A DNA stretch of 26,649 nucleotides from Candidatus Methylomirabilia bacterium. Lineage in GTDB: Bacteria; Methylomirabilota; Methylomirabilia; Rokubacteriales; CSP1-6. Position numbers and translations under genes: made by a program. The notes under the pieces are model-generated. The model saw only the letters and a list, made by a program, of their open reading frames with translations, did no database searches and had not been told where the DNA came from. The stretch covers positions 1 to 26,649 of the forward strand of contig JBGQHJ010000060.1 of NCBI GenBank assembly GCA_041497895.1, written 5' to 3'. Of this stretch, positions 1-8,350 are shown piece by piece (positions within the stretch are counted from its first letter, which is position 1; each line of letters starts with the position of its first letter).

Positions 1-1512
1 GCCGCTCGCCGCCGCGGCGGCCGGCCGGGGAGCGGGCGCCGCGGGGGCCGCCGGAGTCGCCGGCACCGCGGGCGCCGCCGCGGGGGTGCCGCGCCGGGCG
101 TCCATCAGCGACTTGATCTGCCCGCGGGTGAGCGGCCCGCGCAGGTAGGACATCACCCAGCGGCTCTCGAACACCACCGGGTGGTCCTCGTGCACGTTGT
201 TCATCAGGAACACGCGGGTCGAGAGCCCGGAGAGGATGCGCTCGAGCGCGGCGCGGTCGAAGCCCTGGCCCGCACTGCCCGCCGCGCCCTCGAGGCCGTC
301 GAGAACGCGCGCCTTGTCGCGCTCGGTCTGCAGGCGCCCGATGAGCCAGGTGCCGGTGTTCGAGAGCCCCTTGTAGTCGAGGTCCACCGGGTTCTGGGTC
401 GCCAGCACCACGCCCACCCCGAAGGCGCGCGCCTGCTTGAGCAGGGTGAGCAGCGGCGTCTTGGACGGTGGGTTGGCCACCGGGGGGAAGAAGCCGAAGA
501 TCTCGTCCATGTAGAGCAGCGCGCGCAGGCTGGTGGTGCCGGACTGGGTGCGCATCCAGCCGACCACCTGGTTGAGCAGGAGCGAGACGAAGAACATGCG
601 CTCCGCGTCGTTGAGGTGCGCGATCGAGACGATGGCGACGCGCGGCTTGCCCTCGGGGGTGTGCAGGAGCGCGTCCACGTCGAGGGGCTCGCCCTCCATC
701 CAGGCCCCGAAGCCGGGGGCGGCGAGCAGGTTGTTGAGCGACATCGCGAGCGCGAAGCGGTCCTTGGACGGGAAGAACGCCTCGAGGTCGAGCACGCCCA
801 CGCGCTTCACCGGCGGGGTCTGGATCCGCTGGATGAGGCCGGCCAGATCGAGCTCCTGCCCCTGCCGCCACGCGGTGTCGAGGATGGTGGCGATCAGGAT
901 GTGCTCGCGGTTCTTGATGGGGTCGGCGTCGATGCCGAGGAGGCCCAGGAGGCTCGTGGCGGTGGTGCCGATGCGCTCGCGCAGCAGCTCCTCGTCCTCC
1001 CGGATGGCGGGCGGCGGCGCCGCGAACGACTTGAGGATCGAGAGCGGGATGCCCGCGTTGCTGCCCGGGGTGTAGATCGCGAAGTCGGCCGCGTCGCGCA
1101 GGCGCTGGATGCGGGCCCCGTCCTCGCCCCAGGACGCGAGCCCCTTCTGCCACAGCTCGGCCTGCTGGCGGGCGTAGTCGTCGGCGGAGAGGTTCTTGCG
1201 GCGGGCGTCGTCCTCGTTGACCCAGGGCCGGAAGTCCTCGGGGCGGAGGGCGGGGAAGGTGAGCAGCAGGTTGGCGAGATCGCCCTTGGGATCGATCAGG
1301 ATCGCGGGGATCCCGTCGATGGCGGCCTCCTCGATGAGGGCCAGGCAGAGGCCGGTCTTGCCGCTGCCGGTCATGCCCACGCAGACCGCGTGGGTGACCA
1401 GGTCCTTCGAGTCGTAGAGCAGCACGCCGTCCTGCGCCTTCTTCTGCTGCCAGTCGTAGGGGCGGCCCAGGTAGAAGACGCCCAGCTTCTCGAAGTCGGC
1501 GGCGCTCGGCAT
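1..1512 (-). CDS. HerA/FtsK-like P-loop ATPase (DUF87/DUF853-type), 3' end outside window
   Basis: Not in the ORF track (no stop in window). My translation from ATG 1512: [20 protein letters not shown]...[16 protein letters not shown] (Walker A)...IDPKGD...[13 protein letters not shown] (Walker B)...[43 protein letters not shown] upstream. Confidence 0.85.
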   Translation of the reverse strand, partial: MPSAADFEKLGVFYLGRPYDWQQKKAQDGVLLYDSKDLVTHAVCVGMTGSGKTGLCLALIEEAAIDGIPAILIDPKGDLANLLLTFPALRPEDFRPWVNEDDARRKNLSADDYARQQAELWQKGLASWGEDGARIQRLRDAADFAIYTPGSNAGIPLSILKSFAAPPPAIREDEELLRERIGTTATSLLGLLGIDADPIKNREHILIATILDTAWRQGQELDLAGLIQRIQTPPVKRVGVLDLEAFFPSKDRFALAMSLNNLLAAPGFGAWMEGEPLDVDALLHTPEGKPRVAIVSIAHLNDAERMFFVSLLLNQVVGWMRTQSGTTSLRALLYMDEIFGFFPPVANPPSKTPLLTLLKQARAFGVGVVLATQNPVDLDYKGLSNTGTWLIGRLQTERDKARVLDGLEGAAGSAGQGFDRAALERILSGLSTRVFLMNNVHEDHPVVFESRWVMSYLRGPLTRGQIKSLMDARRGTPAAAPAVPATPAAPAAPAPRPAAAAASG

Positions 1513-1533
1513 GCGGGACTCTCCGGGTGCGCC

Positions 1534-2769
1534 CTAGAGGGCGCGCTTGACGAAGACGCCGCCCTTCACGATCGCGTGAAGATTGGCCTGGTTCTGGAAC
1601 ACGCGCAGGTTCTTGAGCGGGTTGCCGTCGACGACCAGGAGGTCGGCGTACTTGCCGGGCTCGACCGACCCCACTCGATCAGCCATCTTGAAAATTTCCG
1701 CGTTGACCATGGTGGCCGAGAGCAGCACCTCCATCGGCTTCATGACCTGGCCCTTCAGCTCGAACTCCATCGCGCGCTGGGCCTGCATGTCGCCGAGCAG
1801 GTCGGAGCCCGAGCCGATCTTGCAGCCCGCGCGATAGGCGTGCGTGAGACCTTCCAGGCTCTTCTCCAGCGCCAGGTTGATCTTCTGGATCTGGTGGTCG
1901 CCGATGCCGTAGTTCTTGCCCTCGCGCGCGATGGCCTCGTAGGTGACCATGGTCGGCACCAGGTAGGCGCCCGCCTGCTTGATGGCCTGCGCGCCTGCCT
2001 CGTCGAGGAGATTGCCGTGCTCGATGCAGCGCACGCCGGCCTGGATCGCATTGCGGATCGCGGAGCCGGAGTAGGCGTGGGCCAGGACGTACTTGCCGAC
2101 CGCGCGCGCCTCCTCCACCGCGGCCCGCATCTCGTCCACCGTGTACTGGGTGGTGTCGAGCTCGTCGCCCGGCGACATCGCGCCGCCCGAGGCCATGATC
2201 TTGATCTGGTCCACGTCGTGGCGCAGGTTCTCGCGCGCGGCCTTGCGTACCTCGTCGGCGCCGTCGGCGATCATGCCCGCCATGCCCACGCAGCACTCCA
2301 CCGGCTCGATCCATTCCGAGCGCCGCCGCTTGTCGGCGTGTCCGCCCGTCTGCGACAGCGGGCGGCCGGACACCAGCATGCGCGGGCCCGGGTAGAGCCC
2401 GGACTCGGCGGCCTCGCGGAAGCCGTAGTCGGCCCCGCCCGCGTCGCGCACGGTGGTGAAGCCCTGCATCAGCGCCTGCTCCATGCGCCGGAGGGCCTTC
2501 GCCGCGATGAGGCTCGGGGGGTTGTAGCGGTGCTGCTCCGGGATGTTGCCCTCGACCGCGCAGATGTGCACGTGGGCGTCGGTGAGCCCGGGCATCAGCG
2601 TGCGGCCCTTCAGATCGATCGTGTCGATCTTGCCGGCGAGCGGGCCCACCTTGCCGGAGGCGACGACGTCCTTGATGCGGTCACCTTCCACCACCACCGC
2701 CGCGCCCTCGATCGGCTCCTTGGAGACGCAGTCGATGAGGAACGCGTTCGTGAATACCGTGATCGCCAT
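1534..2769 (-). CDS. Metal-dependent amidohydrolase (Xaa-Pro dipeptidase/prolidase-like subgroup)
   Basis: MPGLTDAHVH (HxH), GFTTVRDAGG, QIKIMASGG, AHAY, IEHG and GSD motifs. Start reassigned to ATG 2769 with GGAGG SD. Confidence 0.9.
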   Translation of the reverse strand: MAITVFTNAFLIDCVSKEPIEGAAVVVEGDRIKDVVASGKVGPLAGKIDTIDLKGRTLMPGLTDAHVHICAVEGNIPEQHRYNPPSLIAAKALRRMEQALMQGFTTVRDAGGADYGFREAAESGLYPGPRMLVSGRPLSQTGGHADKRRRSEWIEPVECCVGMAGMIADGADEVRKAARENLRHDVDQIKIMASGGAMSPGDELDTTQYTVDEMRAAVEEARAVGKYVLAHAYSGSAIRNAIQAGVRCIEHGNLLDEAGAQAIKQAGAYLVPTMVTYEAIAREGKNYGIGDHQIQKINLALEKSLEGLTHAYRAGCKIGSGSDLLGDMQAQRAMEFELKGQVMKPMEVLLSATMVNAEIFKMADRVGSVEPGKYADLLVVDGNPLKNLRVFQNQANLHAIVKGGVFVKRAL

Positions 2770-2809
2770 GGGGACGCCCTCCGAGCCCTCGAGATGGATC
2801 AGCGGCGGA

Positions 2810-2818
2810 ATTCTAGCA
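2810..2818 (-). promoter_or_regulatory. Extended -10 element (TGcTAGAAT) for the amidohydrolase/ATPase genes
   Basis: Minus strand reads TGCTAGAAT about 40 nt upstream of ATG 2769. Confidence 0.5.
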
Positions 2819-2983
2819 GGAAACGGGCGGGTGAAGTCGCCGGCTGCCCGAGCGCACCGTCTCCGAGTAAGAATTACCCGGCGGGGGCCCACCGGGCGCC
2901 GGCTCTCGCGCCAGAATCACGATGAATCGCGTGCTTGCGCGGCTCCTCGAGTGGCATCTCGGATGCAGCCGTCTCCGTCCGCT

Positions 2984-4108
2984 ATGGCGGTCGACACTCG
3001 GACGGTGGCGGCGCGCGGGCGATGGGAGCGGGTCGATCAGCTGCGCGGCCTGGCCGCCCTGGCGGTGGTGGTGTGCCACCTGGCGGTGTCCGCGTACCGG
3101 GAGGCGCCGAACCTCGACGGAGGCCCGTGGCCCTGGCTCGCCCTGATCCTGGGCTTCGGGTATCTCGGCGTGCCCCTCTTCTTCGTGATCAGCGGCTTCT
3201 GCATCCATCTCCCGCAGGCTCGCGCCCTGACGCGTGCGACTCCCCCGGTGCCGGACTGGAGGCGCTTCTTCGCCCGGCGCTTCTGGCGGCTCTATCCGCC
3301 CTACCTGGCCGCGCTCGTCGTGGCGCTCGCGCTCTGGTGGGTGGTCGGATCGCCGATTCCGTGGCTCGCGCTGACGACCCAGGCGCTGCTGGTGCACCCC
3401 TTCCACACCGCGACCTTCGACGGCGTCAATCCGCCGGCCTGGACGCTCGCGGTCGAGGCCCAGCTCTACCTCGCGTATCCGGTCGTGTTCCGGCTCATCG
3501 CGCGCTTCGGGGCGCTCCGCGCGGTCGGCGCGGTGCTCGCGGTGACGATGGCGTATCGCGTGGCGCTCGCGTTGACGCCGCTCCCGACCGAGATCGCCGG
3601 CCCCGCGTGGGAGCTGTTCCTCGCGCGCTGGTTCGAGTGGGTCCTCGGCGCGGTGGTGGCGGAATGGGCGGCCGGCCGGCTGGGCCTGCCGCGCGTGCTG
3701 TCGAGCCCGTGGCCCGGCGTGGTCGCGCTGGGCGCGGGCGTCCTGCTCGAGTGGTACGCGGGCTCCTGGGGGCTCTATGTCGTGAAGGAGCCGCTCTACG
3801 GGGTGGCGTTCGCGCTGCTCCTCCACGCGGTGCTGGCCCACGAGCGGCCCGGGCCCGGGTCGGCGCCCGCGCGCTATCTGGCCCGGGTCGGCGTCTACTC
3901 CTACAGCCTCTACCTGCTGCACCGGCCCATCCAGCTCGCCTTCGAGCCGCTGGCCCGCGCGGTCGCGACGTGGCCGGCCGTGATCGCGCAAGGCGTGCCG
4001 TCGAGCCTCCTGATCATGGCCGCCACGACGCCGCTCGTCCTCTGGGTCGCACGGGTCTTCTACCGCGTCTGCGAGCGGCCGTCGATCCGTCGTTCCCAGG
4101 CGGTCTGA
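2984..4108 (+). CDS. Acyltransferase family 3 (OafA/YrhL-like) membrane O-acyltransferase
   Basis: VDQLRGLAALAVVVCH, GVPLFFVISGF, FFARRFWRLYPPY, WTLAVEAQLY, SYSLYLLH and YRVCERP motifs. Start is 2984 or 2963. Confidence 0.88.
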   Translation: MAVDTRTVAARGRWERVDQLRGLAALAVVVCHLAVSAYREAPNLDGGPWPWLALILGFGYLGVPLFFVISGFCIHLPQARALTRATPPVPDWRRFFARRFWRLYPPYLAALVVALALWWVVGSPIPWLALTTQALLVHPFHTATFDGVNPPAWTLAVEAQLYLAYPVVFRLIARFGALRAVGAVLAVTMAYRVALALTPLPTEIAGPAWELFLARWFEWVLGAVVAEWAAGRLGLPRVLSSPWPGVVALGAGVLLEWYAGSWGLYVVKEPLYGVAFALLLHAVLAHERPGPGSAPARYLARVGVYSYSLYLLHRPIQLAFEPLARAVATWPAVIAQGVPSSLLIMAATTPLVLWVARVFYRVCERPSIRRSQAV

Positions 4109-4128
4109 CACGCGGTGCCGGGATGCTT

Positions 4129-4167
4129 GCCCGCCGCCGGGCGCAATGCCCGGTCCCGGCGGCGGGC
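4129..4167. terminator. 13-bp GC-rich inverted repeat downstream of the acyltransferase (terminator or protein-binding site)
   Basis: GCCCGCCGCCGGG (4129-4141) / CCCGGCGGCGGGC (4155-4167); no U-tract. Confidence 0.4.
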
Positions 4168-4177
4168 CAGGGGTCGC

Positions 4178-4190
4178 CAACAGGTTGATT
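4178..4190 (-). promoter_or_regulatory. IHF binding site
   Basis: Reverse complement AATCAACCTGTTG is an exact match to WATCAANNNNTTR, and lies 18 nt upstream of a sigma54 -24 GG. Confidence 0.65.
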
Positions 4191-4206
4191 TGGCTCCCTG
4201 TTTGCC

Positions 4207-4223
4207 CTGGCATGGCCGATGCC
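4207..4223 (+). promoter_or_regulatory. Sigma54 (RpoN) -24/-12 promoter
   Basis: CTGGCATGGCCGATGCC: GG 4209-4210 and GC 4221-4222 with the exact 10-nt spacing; TGGCA matches consensus; IHF site just upstream. Confidence 0.6.
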
Positions 4224-4288
4224 TCCTCTCATGGGTAGGAGATCACCAATCGCAGGGTGCGGGCGTATCGCACCGACGAGGTGACACC

Positions 4289-4468
4289 ATGCACTCGGAC
4301 ATCTGGTACGACCTGGCGATAAGGGAGCTGTCGGATCTGACCGACCCCACGAAGGAGAAGCTCGCGGAAGCCGCCGCGGAGACACTGGCCGCCCCGGACG
4401 TCGAGGCAGAGGCGGAGTCGGCCGCACCGACCGACCCGCCCGAGCCCGAGGAGCGCCCCCGCGGTTGA
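4289..4468 (+). CDS. Small acidic hypothetical protein (59 aa)
   Basis: MHSDIWYDLAIRELSDLTDPTKEKLAEAAAETLAAPDVEAEAESAAPTDPPEPEERPRG; GAGGTGA SD just upstream of the ATG; G/C-ending codons dominate. Confidence 0.65.
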   Translation: MHSDIWYDLAIRELSDLTDPTKEKLAEAAAETLAAPDVEAEAESAAPTDPPEPEERPRG

Positions 4469-4559
4469 CGTGGATTTCGCGCGGGCGTGACACGGCCCGC
4501 GGCGGCGCACCCTACCCTGAGCCCCAGCAGGTCCAATCTCGCTTCAGGGGAGCCTCGTC

Positions 4560-4694
4560 ATGATACGTCGATGGATCCTGGGGACCGCGGTGGCCATGAT
4601 GGCGGTGATACCCGCGAGCGGCTACACGCAGACGCCGAGCGGCGACAAGATGAAGGACGACGCGACGAAGATGGACAAGATGGACAAGAAGTAG
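4560..4694 (+). CDS. Small secreted Met/Lys/Asp-rich peptide (pentapeptide MXKDX-repeat-like), 44 aa
   Basis: Below the ORF-track cutoff. MIRRWILGTAVAMMAVIPASGYTQTPSGDKMKDDATKMDKMDKK*; GGGGAG SD; signal-peptide-like N-terminus; followed by a hairpin. Confidence 0.7.
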   Translation: MIRRWILGTAVAMMAVIPASGYTQTPSGDKMKDDATKMDKMDKK

Positions 4695-4710
4695 CCCGCG
4701 AACCTCGTGG

Positions 4711-4742
4711 GGGCGGGCGCCGGGTAGCCCCGGCGCCCGCCC
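4711..4742. terminator. 14-bp hairpin between convergent genes (probable bidirectional terminator)
   Basis: GGGCGGGCGCCGGG-TAGC-CCCGGCGCCCGCCC. Confidence 0.55.
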
Positions 4743-4754
4743 GCCGCGACCGTC

Positions 4755-6299
4755 CTACCGCGCGAGCTTGGCCTCGTACATCCAGATGCGCTCGTCGGCG
4801 CGCGGCGTCCACTCGATCCAGTTGGCGACGCCGTAGAGGTCGTGCTGCTGCCAGAGGAAGACCCACGGCACCTCGTCGTGCACCATCTGCTGGATCTCGG
4901 CCCACGCCTCGAGCCGCTTCCTCGGATCCACCACCGTCACCGCCTGCGCGATCTTGGCGTCCAGCGCCTTGTTGTTGCCGTAGGACGAGTAGGTCTGGCT
5001 CGCCGAGAAGAGCTGATCGATGGTGTTCTGGGCGTCGAGCGCGGGGCCCCAGCCCAGGAAGAACATGTCGCCGGTGGTGCGGTTCTTGATCTTGTCGAGA
5101 TGGGTGCCCCACTCGTTGACCACCACGTTGACCTTGATCCCGATGCGCTGGAGCTGGGCCGCGATGGCGAGCGAGACGTCCTTGTCGAGCGGGTAGCGGC
5201 CCGACGGGGTATCGAGAGTGAGCGTGAGCTTGGTCGGGTCCACCCCCGCTTCCTTGAAGAGGGCCTGGGCCTGGGCGGCGTCGTACTTGATGCACTGGGG
5301 CTTCGAGGAGTAGTCCACGTTGATCGGGGAGAGCGGCCCGCACATCTTCGTCGCCCGGCCCTTGAGCACCTGCTGGATCAGCTCGTCCACGTTGACCGCG
5401 TGGTGGATGGCCTTGCGCACCCGGAGATCCTGCAGCGGACCCGGCTTGAGATTCACCAGGGCCAGGTAGTTGATGCGGGAGGAGACGGTGGCGCGCAGCC
5501 GCGCCTTGCCGCTGTTCTGCAGCATCTCCACGTTCTGGGGCGGCACGTCCTTCATGACGTCGATCTCGCCCGCGAGCAGCGCGGCCAGCCGCGCGCTGAA
5601 TTCGGGGATGAAGCGGAAGGTCACCCGGCTCGCCTCCGCCGGGGTCTGCCAGTAGTCGGGGTTCCGCTCGACCACGAGCTTCTCGTCGCGCACCCACTGC
5701 ACGAAGCGGAAGGCTCCGGTGCCGATGGGCTTGGCCGCGAGCGCCTGCACGCCCTGCTCCTTGAGGGCCTTGGGCGGCATCGGCAGGAAGTCGCTGCCCG
5801 CGATGCGGTCGATGAGGCCCGGCCACGGCTTCTCGGTGATGAAGCGCACCGTGTAGTCGTTGACGATCTGGACCTCCTTCACCTGGGACCAGCGCGGCAG
5901 ATAGTGGGTCTTGTTGGCGGGGTCCTTGATGTAGTCCATGGTGGCCTTGACGCTCTGGGCGTCGAACGGCTCACCGTTGTGGAACTTCACGTTGTGGCGC
6001 AGCGCGAACTCCCACGTGGTGTCGTTGACCACCTTCCAGCCGGTGGCCAGCATCGGGGAGGGCTTGTAGGTCTTGGCATCGCGGTCCACCAGCCGGTCGT
6101 ACATGTGCTCGACCATGTTGTTGGTGGTCCAGTCCACGATGGTGTTGGGCAGGAGGGTGCGCGGCTCGGCCGAGAAGGCCACCACGATCTCCTTGGTCCG
6201 CGCGCGGTCCTGGGCGGCGGCGGGATCTGCGAGGGGAACGGCCACCGCCACGCCCAGCAGCAGAGCGAGCACGGCCAGCATCCGGGTGAGTCGCGTCAT
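4755..6299 (-). CDS. ABC transporter substrate-binding protein, family 5 (DppA/OppA/NikA-like)
   Basis: Signal peptide MTRLTRMLAVLALLLG...AAAQ; PMLATGW, LRHNVKFHNGEPFDA, PIGTGAFRF and DLRVRKAIHHAVN motifs; AGGAG SD before ATG 6299. Confidence 0.92.
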   Translation of the reverse strand: MTRLTRMLAVLALLLGVAVAVPLADPAAAQDRARTKEIVVAFSAEPRTLLPNTIVDWTTNNMVEHMYDRLVDRDAKTYKPSPMLATGWKVVNDTTWEFALRHNVKFHNGEPFDAQSVKATMDYIKDPANKTHYLPRWSQVKEVQIVNDYTVRFITEKPWPGLIDRIAGSDFLPMPPKALKEQGVQALAAKPIGTGAFRFVQWVRDEKLVVERNPDYWQTPAEASRVTFRFIPEFSARLAALLAGEIDVMKDVPPQNVEMLQNSGKARLRATVSSRINYLALVNLKPGPLQDLRVRKAIHHAVNVDELIQQVLKGRATKMCGPLSPINVDYSSKPQCIKYDAAQAQALFKEAGVDPTKLTLTLDTPSGRYPLDKDVSLAIAAQLQRIGIKVNVVVNEWGTHLDKIKNRTTGDMFFLGWGPALDAQNTIDQLFSASQTYSSYGNNKALDAKIAQAVTVVDPRKRLEAWAEIQQMVHDEVPWVFLWQQHDLYGVANWIEWTPRADERIWMYEAKLAR

Positions 6300-6339
6300 G
6301 AGGGTCTCCTTGTCGCGTCGACTTTCTTGACGTAGCGGA

Positions 6340-6539
6340 TCATGCGAGGGTCGGGCGATGATCGAGCCCACCGGCAGGTCGTTCTCGACCGCCACCAGCA
6401 CCGAGGCGGCGGGATCCTGGATCACCTGGTCGATCTGCTCCGGGGTGTCGGTGGGGCTGGGGCTCGCGTCGGCGTGGTGCCAGAGGTCCACCAGCGCGGG
6501 GCCCTCGTCGGGTCGGCAGGGGCGGATGACGACCGCCAT
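6340..6539 (-). pseudogene. Truncated GNAT acetyltransferase relic (N-terminal ~62 codons)
   Basis: ATG 6539 overlaps the permease stop (TGATG). MAVVIRPCRPDEGPALVDLW...PAASVLVAVENDLPVGSIIA resembles the first GNAT strands and helices; the acetyl-CoA-binding motif A is absent. Confidence 0.65.
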
Positions 6540-7363
6540 CAGACCCGGAACCGCGGATCGAGCACGTCCCGCAGCCAGTCGCCCACCAGGTTGATGCCGA
6601 GCGCGGTGAGGGCGAGCGCGGCTCCCGGGAAGGCGGCGAGCCACCAGGCCACGTAGAGGTAGTCGCGGCTCTCCGAGAGCATGCTGCCCCACGCGGGGGT
6701 CGGCGGCTGCACACCGAACCCGAGGAAGGAGATGGCGGCCTCGGCCACGATGAACTGGGCGAACTGGAGGCTGGCCACGATGACGATGGACGGGGCCACG
6801 TTGGGCAGCACGTGCCGGAAGAGCAGGCGCGCGCGCCCGAGTCCCAGCGCCTGGGCCGCGTGCACGAAATCGCGCTCCTTCACCGACAGCACCTCCCCAC
6901 GGACCACGCGAGCATACACGACCCAGCCGGCGACTGACAAACTGACGATGATGTTGCGCAGCCCCAGGCCCACGATGGCGTTGATGGTCAGCGCGAGCAG
7001 GATGAACGGGAAGGAGAGCTGCACGTCGGCCACCCGCATGAGCACCGCGCCCAGCCAGCCCTCGAAGAAGCCGGCGAGGAGCCCGAGCAGGCCGCCCACC
7101 AGCGCGGTGAGCAGGACGCAGCAGATGCCGATGAACAGCGCCACCCGCGTCCCGTACAGCACGCGGGCCAGCAGATCGCGGCCGAGCTGGTCGGTGCCGA
7201 GCGGGTGGCCGGGCGTGCCGGGCGGCTTGAGGCCGGCCGCGAAGTCGGTCTGCACCGGATCATGGGCGACCAGCAGCGGGGCCGCCACCGCGGCCAGCAC
7301 CACCAGCGCCGCGATGGCGAGCCCGAGGATCCCGCGGCCGTGGCGCCCGAGGAAGATCCTCAT
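6539..7363 (-). CDS. ABC peptide/nickel transporter permease (DppC-like)
   Basis: HPLGTDQLGRDLLARVLYG, ERDFVHAAQALG (EAA loop), LFRHVLPN, PPTPAWG and GDWLRDVLDPR; ATGA overlap with the upstream permease. Confidence 0.92.
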   Translation of the reverse strand: MRIFLGRHGRGILGLAIAALVVLAAVAAPLLVAHDPVQTDFAAGLKPPGTPGHPLGTDQLGRDLLARVLYGTRVALFIGICCVLLTALVGGLLGLLAGFFEGWLGAVLMRVADVQLSFPFILLALTINAIVGLGLRNIIVSLSVAGWVVYARVVRGEVLSVKERDFVHAAQALGLGRARLLFRHVLPNVAPSIVIVASLQFAQFIVAEAAISFLGFGVQPPTPAWGSMLSESRDYLYVAWWLAAFPGAALALTALGINLVGDWLRDVLDPRFRV

Positions 7364-8280
7364 GCCCGGGCCCGCGTCCGCGGGTCGAGCCAGCCGTAGA
7401 GCAGGTCGACCGCGAAGTTGATGAGGGTGTAGGTGACCGAGAACACGAAGACCGCGGCCAGCACCACCGGGAAGTCCCGGTTGAGGAGGGCCTGCACGGT
7501 GAGGCGCCCGAGCCCCGGCCAGGCGAAGATGGTCTCGGTGATGACCGCCCCGCCCAGGAGCTGGCCGGTGTCGAGCCCGGCCAGGGTCACGATCGGGATC
7601 GCCGAGTTCTTCAGGGTGTGCTTGCCGATGACGATCCGCTCCGCCAGCCCCTTGGCGCGCGCGGTGAGTACGAACTCCTCGTTGAGCGTGTCGAGCACCG
7701 ACGAGCGGGTGAGGCGGGCCATGCGGGCCGCGTAGAACGAGGCGAGCACCACGCACGGCATCACGAAGTGGAGCGGGCCGCCCATGCCCCCGGTGGGCAG
7801 CCAGCCGAGGCGCACCGAGAAGAGGTAGATCATCATGAGGCCGAGCCAGAATCCGGGCACCGCCTGCCCGAGCACGGCCCCGCCCATGCCGAGCAGGTCG
7901 AAGAGCGAGCCGCGGCGGACCGCCGAGAACACCCCGACCGGCACCGCCACGCAGAAGGTGAGGAGCAGCGCGGCGAGCGCGAGCTCGAGCGTCGCGGGCA
8001 GCCGCTCGAGCACGAGCCGGAGCGCGTCGTTCCTGTAGCGCAGCGACTCGCCGAAGTCGCCGTGCAGCGCGCGCCCGATGAATCGGCCGTACTGCACCGC
8101 GAGCGGGTCGTTGAAGCCCAGGCGCTCGCGGAACTCGTTCAGGTCCTTGGCCTGGATGTCCATGGGCAGGAACAGGAGCACCGGGTCGCCCCCGAGCCGC
8201 ACCAGGAAGAACACCGCGGTCAGGGAGAGGAAGACGACCAGGAGGGTCTGCCCGAGCCGCGACAGGAGGTACGCGCGCAT
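7360..8280 (-). CDS. ABC peptide/nickel transporter permease (DppB-like)
   Basis: GDFGESL, ERLPATLELA, EEFVLTARAKGL, ITETIFAWPGLG and DLLYGWLDPR. TACACT -10 box 7 nt before the ATG. Confidence 0.92.
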   Translation of the reverse strand: MRAYLLSRLGQTLLVVFLSLTAVFFLVRLGGDPVLLFLPMDIQAKDLNEFRERLGFNDPLAVQYGRFIGRALHGDFGESLRYRNDALRLVLERLPATLELALAALLLTFCVAVPVGVFSAVRRGSLFDLLGMGGAVLGQAVPGFWLGLMMIYLFSVRLGWLPTGGMGGPLHFVMPCVVLASFYAARMARLTRSSVLDTLNEEFVLTARAKGLAERIVIGKHTLKNSAIPIVTLAGLDTGQLLGGAVITETIFAWPGLGRLTVQALLNRDFPVVLAAVFVFSVTYTLINFAVDLLYGWLDPRTRARA

Positions 8281-8350
8281 CCCGGGGAGTGTACCCGATC
8301 CCGCGGCCGGCCCGGCCGGGACCATTGCTATAGTGGGCGGGGCCCGCTCC

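Noticed and set aside
1..1512. HerA-like ATPase as an anti-phage defence system
   Set aside because: No nuclease, SIR2 or other effector is visible next to it in the window, and the downstream side is not shown.
181..2925. 914-aa plus-strand ORF
   Set aside because: Antisense shadow of the ATPase and amidohydrolase genes. Such long stop-free frames are expected in high-GC coding DNA, and it has no motifs.
2866..2935. Short repeats GTAAGAATTAC and GAATCAC/GAATCGC in the divergent intergenic region
   Set aside because: Too short and imperfect, single occurrence, no cognate regulator nearby.
4231..4284. 17-codon upstream ORF or riboswitch in the small-protein leader
   Set aside because: No SD, it starts at or before the predicted TSS, and I recognise no aptamer consensus.
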